64,000 nucleotides of DNA from Podarcis tiliguerta (lineage: Eukaryota), in assembly GCA_965153285.1 (NCBI GenBank), contig OZ229114.1, one strand, 5' to 3'. The notes under the pieces were generated by a model. The model saw nothing but the letters and a program-made list of their open reading frames with translations, was not told where the DNA came from and made no database searches. Position 1 is the first letter of the stretch; each line of letters opens with the position of its first letter. Both the position numbers and the translations under genes were made by a program. Below, in pieces: positions 26,128-36,559 of this stretch.

Positions 26128-29100
26128 TTTTTTTTTTTTTTTTTAAGTAATTTTTATTTTTCCACATAAAAAACAAACATAACAATAACATAAACAAAAA
26201 CAATAACAAACATATAAAATGGACCTCCCCATACCACCCCTTTTCTGCATCCTTATTTCAGATTTTTCAGCAACTTTTTAGTCAAACAATGTATACCTTT
26301 TTTTCCATCAATTAAATTTTCTTTAACTTAGTATTAACAGCTGTAGCTCTTTACCTCTTATTGCCCTGAACCTTAGTTTTCATCCAAATTACAACGATTT
26401 TTAAGATATTCTTTAAATTTACTCCAATCTTCTTCCACCGCCTCCTTCCCCCGGTCTCGAATTCTGCCAGTCATCTCCGCCAATCCCATATAATCGATCA
26501 CCTTCGACTGCCATTCTTCCAGCGTGGGTAGTTCTTGCGTTTTCCAATACTTTGCTAGGAGAATTCTTGCTGCTGTTGTGGCGTACATAAAAAATGTCTT
26601 GTCCTTCCTTGACACCATTTGGCCCACCATGCCCAAGAGAAAAGCTTCTGGTTTCTTGAAAAAGGTTCTCTTGAGAACTTTCTTAATTTCATTATAGATC
26701 ATTTCCCAGAATGCCTTAATCTTCGGGCAGGTCCACCAAAGGTGAAAGAAGGTTCCCTCAGTTTCATTACATTTCCAGCATTTGTTACTGGGCAAATGAT
26801 AGATCTTCGCTAACTTAGCAGGAGTCATGTACCACCTGTAGATCATTTTCATAATGTTTTCTCTTAAGGCATTACATGCCGTAAATTTAACACCAGTGGT
26901 GCACAACTGCTCCCAGTCAGCAAGCTCAATATCATGTCCAATATCTTGTGCCCATTTAATCATACTAGACTTCACCATTTCATCTTGAGTATTCCACTTC
27001 AGCAACAAATTATACATCCTTGATAAGTTTTTAGTATTGGGTTCTAACAATTCTGTTTCTAGTTTGGATCTCTCCATCTGGAAGCCTATCTTTCTGTCCT
27101 GTTTAAATGCTTCATTTATTTGTCTATAATGTAGCCAATCTCTCACCTTGTCTTTCAACTCCTCAAAACTTTTCAGTTTCAGTTGTTCACCATCCTGTAC
27201 TATAATTTCAGAATATTTAGGCCAATGTGGCCCCATATTCAATTTTTTCACCTCTTTGGCTTCCATAGGTGACAACCACCTGGGGGTTTTACTTTCAAGT
27301 AAATCTTTATATCGAATCCAAACATTGTACAAAGCTTTCCTGACAACATGATTTTTGAAACCTTTATGAGATTTTACCTTATCATACCATAGATATGCAT
27401 GCCAACCAAATCTATTATCAAATCCTTCAAGATCCAAGATGTCTGCATTCTCGAGGCGCAGCCATTCTTTCAACCAGCAGAATGCTGCTGATTCATAGTA
27501 CAGTTTTAAGTCTGGCAGGGCAAAGCCTCCTCTATCTTTAGCATCTGTTAAAATCTTAAATTTTATTCTAGGCTTTTTGCCCTGCCAGACAAACTTGGAT
27601 ATGTCTTTCTGCCACCTCTTGAAACAATCCATCTTGTCTATTATTTGTAAAGTCTGAAACAAAAATAACATTCTAGGCAATACATTCATTTTGATAACGG
27701 CGATTCTTCCTAACAGAGAAAGTTTCAATCCTGACCATGTGTCTAGATCTTTCTTAACTTCTGACCAACATTTATCATAGTTGTCTTTAAATAGATTCAC
27801 GTTTTTCGATGTCAGATTTACCCCCAAATATTTAACTTTTTTTGCTAACCCCAAACCAGTTTCTTTTTGGAATGCCTCTTTTTCCTCATTTGTTAGATTT
27901 TTCTCCAGCACTTTAGTTTTTTGTTTATTCAATTTAAATCCTGCAACTTGACCAAATATTTCTATCAGTTCTAAAACTCTTTTTGTACTAGTGTTCGGCT
28001 GCTGTAATGTTAAGACTAAGTCATCTGCAAATGCTCTTAACTTATACTCTTTCGCTCCGAACTGAATTCCTTTTACCAACTGGTCCTTTCTAATCATGTT
28101 TAACAATATCTCCAAGACTGAAATAAAAAGTAAGGGAGAAATGGGGCATCCTTGTCGTGTTCCTTTCTCTATAGCTATCTCTTCAGTTACCACATTATTC
28201 ACAATTAGTTTTGCCTTCTGTTTAGAATATATTGCACTTATACCATTTTCAAAACCTTGGCCTACCCCCATCCCCTGGAGATTCTTTTTCATAAAGCTCC
28301 AACAAATGTTGTCAAAGGCTTTCTCCGCGTCCACAAAAATCAATACTGCTTTTCTATTAATGTTTGTTTCCAATAACTCCACAATGTCAATTATATTCCT
28401 TACATTGTCCGACATGTGTCTTCCCGGGAGAAAGCCAGCTTGATCTTTATGAATCTCACCTATCAACACTTTCTTAAGTCTTTTTGCTAAAATGTCTGCA
28501 AATATTTTGTAATCCACATTTAAAAGTGAGATCGGGCGGTAGTTTTTAACCTGGTTCTTTTCAGTCTCAGTTTTTGGTATAAGTGATATAAAAGCCTCTC
28601 TCCACGATTCAGGTGCCCCCTTCCCTTCCAGTATCTCATTGCATACTTCTTTCAATGGTTGTACTAGACAGTCTTTCAAAACCTTGTAATATTTAGCCGT
28701 CAGGCCATCTGGTCCTGGAGATTTTCCCAATTGTGTCTTTTGAATGGCTTCCTCTATTTCTTGTTCTGTTATTTTTTGATTCAAAATCAGCCTGTTCTGT
28801 TCCGAGATTTTTGGTAGTCCATAATTTTCCAAAAATTCATCTATCTCTTGTTCCTTCACAGGCCCTTGTGAATATAATTTCCTGAAATAACTTTGAAAAC
28901 AGTTACTTATCTCATTCGGCTTACATATACTCCTTCCATCCTCCTCCAGACAAGTAACAGTGTTCAGTTTCTGTCTTTTTTTCAATTGCCATGCAAGAAG
29001 CTTCCCACATTTATCTGCTGATTCAAATGTCCTCTGTCTCATTTGTTTAATTTTCCATTCTATCTCTTGGTTTGTAAGTTCCATATACTGCATCTGATAA

Positions 29101-29289
29101 TATTTTATTTCTCTCAATATTTCATGAGACTTTGGATTGGACCTCAATTTCTTTTCTCCTTCCTTCATCTTTTCCAGAATTCTACTTTTCCTTTCATTTT
29201 GTTTTTTCTTCTTAATTGAATTCTGTTGTATCAGGAAGCCTCGCATCACGGCTTTACTTGCGTCCCAAATTATTCTTTTTTCAACTTAT
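26128..29289 (-). mobile_element. Young 5'-truncated L1-clade LINE, antisense in ANK3 intron
   Basis: Poly(A) tail (T17 at 26128-26144), AATAAA on minus strand (26153-26158), short 3' UTR, open ORF2 remnant, flanked by identical 104-bp direct repeats. Confidence 0.96.
26373..29285 (-). CDS. L1 ORF2 remnant: reverse transcriptase plus C-terminal CCHC knuckle, endonuclease domain missing
   Basis: Open from VEKRIIWDASKAVMRG (post-EN WD motif); KSPGPDG, YRPISLLNVDYK, DAEKAFD, GTRQGCPISPLLF, FADD, KYLG, CWKC-x8-H-x4-C; no stops or frameshifts. Confidence 0.95.
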   Translation of the reverse strand, partial: VEKRIIWDASKAVMRGFLIQQNSIKKKKQNERKSRILEKMKEGEKKLRSNPKSHEILREIKYYQMQYMELTNQEIEWKIKQMRQRTFESADKCGKLLAWQLKKRQKLNTVTCLEEDGRSICKPNEISNCFQSYFRKLYSQGPVKEQEIDEFLENYGLPKISEQNRLILNQKITEQEIEEAIQKTQLGKSPGPDGLTAKYYKVLKDCLVQPLKEVCNEILEGKGAPESWREAFISLIPKTETEKNQVKNYRPISLLNVDYKIFADILAKRLKKVLIGEIHKDQAGFLPGRHMSDNVRNIIDIVELLETNINRKAVLIFVDAEKAFDNICWSFMKKNLQGMGVGQGFENGISAIYSKQKAKLIVNNVVTEEIAIEKGTRQGCPISPLLFISVLEILLNMIRKDQLVKGIQFGAKEYKLRAFADDLVLTLQQPNTSTKRVLELIEIFGQVAGFKLNKQKTKVLEKNLTNEEKEAFQKETGLGLAKKVKYLGVNLTSKNVNLFKDNYDKCWSEVKKDLDTWSGLKLSLLGRIAVIKMNVLPRMLFLFQTLQIIDKMDCFKRWQKDISKFVWQGKKPRIKFKILTDAKDRGGFALPDLKLYYESAAFCWLKEWLRLENADILDLEGFDNRFGWHAYLWYDKVKSHKGFKNHVVRKALYNVWIRYKDLLESKTPRWLSPMEAKEVKKLNMGPHWPKYSEIIVQDGEQLKLKSFEELKDKVRDWLHYRQINEAFKQDRKIGFQMERSKLETELLEPNTKNLSRMYNLLLKWNTQDEMVKSSMIKWAQDIGHDIELADWEQLCTTGVKFTACNALRENIMKMIYRWYMTPAKLAKIYHLPSNKCWKCNETEGTFFHLWWTCPKIKAFWEMIYNEIKKVLKRTFFKKPEAFLLGMVGQMVSRKDKTFFMYATTAARILLAKYWKTQELPTLEEWQSKVIDYMGLAEMTGRIRDRGKEAVEEDWSKFKEYLKNRCNLDEN

Positions 29290-29393
29290 TACCTACCTGT
29301 AATAAGATAAACTGTTAAGTTCAGTGTTAGGTTCACATTACCTATGGGTAATTTCAAACAAGCTGCTTTCAGATCTTTTCTTTCTTTCTTTCT
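29290..29393 (+). repeat. L1 target-site duplication, right copy (104 bp)
   Basis: Identical to 26024-26127. Confidence 0.95.
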
Positions 29394-29896
29394 CTTTGAA
29401 GCTGGCTTGTTGAAAGAACTGTAGTTATTGTTAATTGCAGTGCTTGGCTTAGATGATATGGAAACCTGGAGAAAAGTAAAAGCTTCTATGCTCCTCTCAA
29501 CTACACAGGAGGAGGAGTTAGGAGTACCTGAACCCAAGGCTCATTGCAGCTTGTGTATGTCACACTAAACCATGATTTAAAGGTGTGTACAAACACAGCC
29601 ACATCTGAGTGTATGGAGATTATATCTTAAGCTTGAATTTAACACTTTTGTCACATGCTACATGTGGGTGGGGCCAGTTCCTAGAGAGGGAAGAGTCCCT
29701 TTTCTGGTATAACGATGGTTGGGAACACATTGACTGTAAGGATGCAAGGAATTGCCTTCAAAGATACAAGGAGCTACCTTCTAATACCATGTCAGAATAT
29801 TGGTCTGCTTCATCTGTGATGGTTGTCTTTGGCCACAGCCATTCAGCGTGTCAAGCACAATCTTACCCCCAGACCTTCTTCCCAAGAACCTTTTTC

Positions 29897-30035
29897 CTGC
29901 CTCAGGAGGTGGTGGGTTCTCCTTCACTAGAGAACTTGAGCAGTCATCTGCCAGATTCTGTATGTAGATCCAGTATTGAACAGGGGCCCTCAAAGCCCCT
30001 GTTCTTTCCAAATCTGTAATTCCTCATGATTCTAC
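29897..30035 (+). mobile_element. CR1 3' fragment (degraded)
   Basis: CTGCCTCAGGAGGTGGTGGGTTCTCCTTCACTAGAG ... TTCCAAATCTGTAATTC..ATGATTCTA. Confidence 0.6.
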
Positions 30036-32237
30036 CTAGAGATGTCAGCATTTGAATCTGGGACCTCCTGCATTCCAAAGGTATGCTGTGCCAATAAGCC
30101 GTGGCAATTTTCTCCAGACAGATCACACTGTACTTGCTTCAGAGGGTGGATCCGAAAAGACAACTGCACTGTGATTGTAGGCTTCCTTAGTCAAAAGCCC
30201 TGATTGTACATGGTCATGTATATGCAGCTGACTTTGCTTTCACTAACTTTCCTTATTAATTCTGTAAGCAACATTATACTTTTCATGATTACTGCAATTA
30301 CTGAGGATAACCCTCTGATTTTGTCCGGATTTATTTCTTCACTTTTTAAATCAAATTGTCTTTAATAACCTTCTTGGGGTACTCTCTTTTGCTACTGCTG
30401 CTTTTTATTTTTTTTAAAAAAAGTTTGCATATTATAATGTGAAACAAACTGATGAGTGTGGTAGATATGAAAGTATTGCAGAAGAAGGAAAAATACAAAT
30501 GTCTGTCAGCAAGGGGCTATATGGGAATATAGATTTGGTGCCTGCTGTCAACAATACGGCAGGTTCTGGAAATACAGGTTTAAAAGGCTGATGATATATG
30601 GCCTGAAACAAAAGAGCTTTCATTGCTGCTTTTAAGGGGGGAGGAGAGTAGTGTATTGATGTATATTGTTACAAACATATCTCTCTCTTATAAAAAGATG
30701 TCCTTCTCTATGTTCTGCTTTGTAATTAGCAATAGACCAGAGGTGCTTGGTAAATTGATAAATTGACTGCTGTTTATTTACATCCACCTTGAAATGTACT
30801 TTGAGTCGCATATACTTGCACGGTGGAAGAAGCAGGTTGATTTGGGGTTTTGGAGTGATGGGTGGATACTGCTTAGGGACTAGTAATTACCCGCCCATGT
30901 TCTTGCTTCCACACTCCTACAATGTCTTCTCAGTCTGCAGATTTTTAAATAAGACTGTTACAAAGATTCGGCTTCTGCTGTTCTCCTCCCCAAAGGAAGC
31001 ATGTCATGCAAAGTCTTGCCTGAGCTTCCAACCGCATGAGGAAGGTGGAAGGCAAAATAGTGTTTTCATTACATTTTATTAGGTACCTTGAATGTGATGC
31101 TTTGTGAAGCTTAACATTGTTTATATATTCAAATACATGACGTAGCAAATGCCTGAGCTCTGAGTAATTATTACACTGATGGTGTTTGCTGCTGCAGTGT
31201 TGAGGCACACAATTGAAAAGCCCACGCATTGCCCACATTCTAAGGAACCAATGTCCTAATTTCAATGTACTAAACAACTGTGGAGCAGTAGCAACCATTG
31301 CTGCCTTCCTGCTGCTCTCTCTGGTGGGCAAGAAGGATTAGGACCCCTTCAGTGGGGTCGCCTTCAAGAATGCTACACACACACACCCAACGTAGCAATG
31401 CTTACGTATCTGCCTCAAAGAGACCTAGGACTGCAACTAAATCAGGAAAATAACGATCCTTCTTTACAGGATTTTTAATATCCAGCATGTTTTAGATATG
31501 TTGCTTTCCTCAGTACAACTCCATGAAAGGATAGATAATGTCAAGAGAAGAGAGAATGGTTGACAGCTGGCTTGCTGAAGTTGTTCTGTGTTGCTGCAGA
31601 AATATCAGTCACTGGTTTCTGCTGCAGCATTTCCACAGTTGATGGTGGAGTTGAGTGGTGGGACAGGATGTTATTGTGGGAGTCCCCATCGTTTTCCCTA
31701 CTGGGACAGAAACCCAAAACCCTGTGTCTGCAGACATATCACTGCAGATGTGCTGGAGACCAAGGTAGATCTTATACATTGGTCAGTGGTTCCTATTGGT
31801 TGTTATGAAATCCACTAGGTGTCCTATGGTGACTTTCCTTCTTAATAAGTAAATTGATCCATGAAATGCCACAATCTTAGAAAATGTCCTGTGCAATTTG
31901 CTTGTTTCTCTTCTTGTATCAAGGAGATCATATGAGGAACATGGCGGCATGACCAATGGCCCTAATATATTGCACTGCACACTACATTGTATTGCCACAC
32001 AAGCCAACTTAAAATCTTAAGCACATGTGTTCAGAGGCAAGAGGCAATGATCTTCTTAAAATGGCTTATCTTTTACCCTTGTCCTCTATCAGAAGTCAAC
32101 AATCAGGAGTTTGGGGTGAAGGTCCTGCTAAGGAATGGATGTGTACATTGCTGTTTCCTGATCTGCAGTTTTTCCTGAGCCATCTTCCCCATTCCCTTAC
32201 TTGTCCCATGTCCTATCCCAATACTCCTTTATCAGTA

Positions 32238-32489
32238 CAGTGGTACCTTGGTTTAAGAACAGCTTAGTTTATGAACAACTTGGATTAAGAACGCTGCAAA
32301 CCCGGAAGTAGGTATTTTGGTTTGTGAACTTTGCCTTGGAATAAGAACATGTTTCACTTCCTGTTGAGTGTGTTCTATTTGTAAATTGAGTCCCCTGTTG
32401 CTATGGGAAAGCACGCCTTAGTTTAAGAACGCTTTGGTATAAGAACGGACTTCCAGAACGGATTAAGTTCGTAAACCAAGGTACCACTA
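32238..32489. mobile_element. Tc1/mariner (Tigger/pogo-like) MITE
   Basis: TA-CAGTGGTACCTTGGTTTA ... TAAACCAAGGTACCACTA-TA. Confidence 0.88.
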
Positions 32490-32813
32490 TACCTGCCTTT
32501 CAACAAGCTTTGTGTACTCGTATACATTGTAAACCACCTAGACAATGGACACCATTAGGTGGTCATATCATATATGTTTCTCCCTATTCATCTCAGACCA
32601 ATTCTTCAGTTCTACATGCTCAGTGATAGTTGTGATAAAGAACTAAATAGGCTCATGCAGTGAGTTCACATAGCATCCATAGGCACAGATTCCTTTGCTT
32701 GAAAAAATGTGTGGCTGCGTGTTTCACCCAGTGTTGATTATGAGATATACAAATAAAGCAGCTACAACGAATGCACTCAAAAATACACAGCTTCTAGACA
32801 ATGTGATCTGAAT

Positions 32814-33131
32814 ATATCCAAGATAGATGACATCGCGGGAGACCGCTGCCTCAGGAGAGCGAGGAAAATTCTTAGGGACGACTCACATCCTGGCCAGAAC
32901 TTCTTTAGTCTCCTACCTTTGGGCAGGAGATACAGAAGTATAGTCAGCCACACCAACAGGTTAAATAACAGTTTTTATCTGTGGGCTGTTGGGCTGTTGA
33001 ATGGGGGAAAAATAGTGGTGTAATTGACTTCCGACAAGCACACAGAGCGCAAACAAGACTGAGTGTAGGGGGGGGGAGTTTAATTTCACTGCACACAGGT
33101 GGTGTAGTAACAATAAAGGTTTATTATTATT
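32814..33131 (+). mobile_element. Rex1/Babar LINE 3' fragment
   Basis: Translates ISKIDDIAGDRCLRRARKILRDDSHPGQNFFSLLPLGRRYRSIVSHTNRLNNSFYLWAVGLLN, the typical Rex1 C-terminus (SHPG, LLPSGRRYRS); ends AATAAAGG plus (TTA)n. Confidence 0.85.
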
Positions 33132-33132
33132 A

Positions 33133-33350
33133 GAATCTTGAGAACACAAGAAGAGTTTGCTGAATCAGGTCAATGGCCCATCTAGTCCCTCATGTTATCG
33201 CAGCGACAAGCCAGGCGCCTGTGGGAAGCACACAAGCAGGACACAATTCCTAGCAACTGTGATTCCTAGCAACTGGTATTCAGAGGCATACTACTTTGAG
33301 TCTGGCAGTGGAGGTAGGGCATAGCTTTCATTGTTTAGTAGCTGTGGATG
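33133..33350 (-). mobile_element. CR1 LINE 3' fragment (degraded)
   Basis: AAGAAGAG..GCTGAATCAGGTCAATGGCCCATCTAGTCC matches the reverse of a CR1 3' UTR. Confidence 0.6.
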
Positions 33351-34743
33351 TCCACCAGGAACCTTGTCCCCCACTTCTTCCACAGATGAAATGTGAAATG
33401 ACATCCACGCTCAGGAGTTCATGTAATTCCTTCGGTTTTGGTAGTGTGTGTGTTGGCGTTCAGAAGACATAGTCATTCTGGGTTGTAGCCAACCAAGTCT
33501 CCCCAGTAGCACAATGACTTCCGCTTGTGCAGTGGAATTTCCCTTCCCTCTCTTCCCGCTACATGCACCCCAGATCTGTTGGGGAAGGGGTGTTCCCCTA
33601 ATCCTCTGGAGCACGTTTGGGGTTGGGGAATAAAAAAAGGGAGGAGCAAGCAGGAGCACTTGTGCTAATACGACTATTTCATTGGATGCAACCCACTGCT
33701 AGTGCAGCACAAACAACATGCTCACACACTACCAAAACAGAAAAGCCCCTGTGGTAAATATTAGGAGATATCCCATCTCCTTCCCGAAGCATTAACACTT
33801 CATCAGGTTCATACTAACAGCTGAACTGCAAACAGGAGGTGAAACTTCTTCACATTTAGGAAACAGGAAACAATTTACAGATTAATCCCTTAAGCAGACT
33901 GGTTTGTTTACTTGTTTAATTCCACTCAATCATCCTTCCTTTCTGCATTCAGATCCAACCATGTTAAGAAAAGACCTTTGTTTTAAATAAGCCTTGGATC
34001 TTGAACAGGTTCTTTTTTCTTTCATTTTTTTGCCAAGTATTGCAACAGTATTTAGCAAAGCTTTTCATAGCCCAAAATGTCCCACATTTGTTAACTGTCC
34101 AGTAGGTTGAAGCAAGAAACACAATGGGTGTGCACAAGTATACAGGTGTGTACTTAATTTTAGGTTGCAACTTGTCAAGGTGTCATTATTCAAAGTATTT
34201 GAATAATTTCAGACTAGATCTGTTGAAATTAATGAGCCTAACTCGGTCATATTCATTAATTTCATTGGATCTCCCCTGAATTACTTGAATACCACGCAGT
34301 GGCTGATTTGTGTTTTTTCTCTGTCCTTCCTCACTTTTGAGTCTCATGCAGAGGGAGGAAATGTGCAAACCTCCACCATGAAAATGCAGCTTCTGTGCCT
34401 TGCATTGGAGAAACCTCAGCACACCCACTGAAAGTGTGGAGAGAGGAGCATGTGAAGGAGACCTGTGGGATCACAGCCCAATTCTTCCCTTTTTATTTTT
34501 AACTCTGATCTGGGCAGCATAATTTTGAGTTTCCAGGTGGGGTGGGGGGCACACAAATGAGCATTGCCCTAATTGTGTTTTCTTCCCTTCCTTGGCTCCT
34601 CCAGTTCTGTTCCACAAGTACTTGCAGAAGAGGAGAAAAGGGATTAGAACACATAATTCCTGCTGCACCCACACAGAAGCACAGAAGCAGAGAGCAGCAT
34701 CTTGTTCATTTCTCATTATTCTTCTGTGTGGAGCAGTGAGCTG

Positions 34744-34886
34744 CATGGGCACAACCAAGGGGGGCAGGGAGGGGCAGTTGTCCCTCCTAACTCAATAAAA
34801 ATCAATAAAAATACACACAAACTGAGGTTCTGCCTTCCCCAACAAAAGACCTGCCCCCCCAACCCAAAATCCTGGCTGTGCCCATG
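34744..34886. mobile_element. hAT-type MITE (related inverted copy at 20028-20143)
   Basis: TIRs CATGGGCACAACCA / TGGCTGTGCCCATG; TSD GTGAGCTG / GTGAGCCC. Confidence 0.78.
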
Positions 34887-36016
34887 GTGAGCCCGTGGGG
34901 AGATGTGTTCAGGGAGGACTGAGCTCCCATGCTTTGAAAACAGCCCAATGTAATTGCTAATATTGGCTTTGCTTTCTACAGATTCTTTAACCTCATTTCT
35001 GTGCTCATTTCTTCCCGGCTGAACAAGGGGGTTGGAGGCACTCCAGGTATACAAGGCTGAGACCATTTAGGGCAAGCTAGACCCCTCCCTTTCCCCCCTC
35101 CTCACAAAAATCCAGTGAAGTAGGTCAGCTAAGAGATAGCAACCAGTTCCAGCACATCTCTCTTGAGCTCATTGGCTGAGCTTCATGAGGTTTGAAGAGC
35201 CAATAAGATGTATTGCAATCCAGGTTCAAATCTTGCAGATCTCTTCAGTTCTCACTGTTGGCCACTTGAATGACACGAATTTGTGCATTTTTATTAGCAC
35301 AGTGTGTTGTTTATGATACAGGTAGATCTCATCTTGCACAGGGTGGGTGGGTGTTATGTCCTTTGCTGTTGCACATATAAGCAAAATTGCGCGAAGCCAG
35401 AACGACCCCCCAGGACAGCTCTGCGTGACTATCCCTACCTCAATGAAACTGGTGCTGTGCAGGTGTTGCCCCTCACACAAGGCAGAGAGCTTTTTAAGCC
35501 CCCCATTTAGCTTACCAGGCTCTGGAAAGTTCACATGAGGCCTCTGCAAGACTCCCATGACCTTCTCAGAGTCTGGGAAGCAAGGGGGGGGGGACTTTAA
35601 AAGCTCTTTCCTCACAGTGTTTTTCTGCTGTGGAAAGAGCTTTTTAAACTCCTCCTCACCTTGCTTTCCGAGCTCTGGAAAGGTTGTGCAAGATCTCAGA
35701 TGGCCCTTCTTGGGCTTTTTCGCCTGCTCTCCTGCCCCTATTAATTTTTTTAAAATTTACTGTGATCCACATAAAGCTGAGATCACATATGTAAAATCAG
35801 CATAAGATGAGCTGTACCTGTATACTAAAATAGAACTATGGAGTTCTCTAGAGACTTTACACTTTCCTTTCAGCTTGCATCTCTCTCTCTCCCTCCCTCC
35901 CTCTCCCTCCTTCGTCGCTGCCCCCACAAGTGTTTAAAAGCAATTCTGATTGGTCAAACTTTAATTTACATCTATACATTTGAGATAAAGTACTGTGTGT
36001 GTGTGTAAATTGCAAT

Positions 36017-36326
36017 TGGCACTGTGGGTTAAGCCACAGAGCCTAGGACTTGCCGATCAGAAGGTCGGCGGTTCGAATCCCCGCGACGGGGTGAGCTCCC
36101 GTTGCTCGGTCCCTGCTCCTGCCAACCTAGCAGTTCAAAAGCACGTCAAAGTGCAAGTAGATAAATAGGTACCGCTCCGGTTTGCCAGAAGCAGCTTAGT
36201 CATGCTGGCCACATGACTCGGAAGCTGTACGCCGGCTCCCTCAGCCAATAAAGCGAGATGAGCGCCGCAACCCCAGAGTCGCCTGCAACTGGACCTAATG
36301 GTCAGGGGTCCCTTTACCTTTACCTT
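36017..36326 (+). mobile_element. Sauria SINE (Bov-B-mobilised) with internal deletion
   Basis: tRNA-like head with B box GGTTCGAATCC, body GCTCCTGCCAACCTAGCAGTTC, tail GGTCAGGGGTCCCTTTACCTTTACCTT; CpGs retained, so young. Confidence 0.92.
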
Positions 36327-36559
36327 GTAGAATGAAGTGGGCTAGTAATCCATATTTTTTTAAAAAATAAATAAATCCCAACATTTCGAAAAGCACTAGC
36401 ACATACAAAGCCTGTGTCTTAAACCCAGTTGCAAGGATGCCACTACTGAGTTGCCCAAAATCAATAGCATTTTCAAATGAACTTCTTTCAGCATCCCATC
36501 TAGATTCCAGACGTCCCAGATGTGTCGTGTACACTTCATGGGGAAAGAATTTAAGTATC

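Noticed and set aside
30730-30749. Candidate 20-nt microexon (attag|CAATAGACCAGAGGTGCTTG|gtaaat)
   Set aside because: Plausible splice signals, but not frame-preserving, with no compensating partner downstream and no homology I can support.
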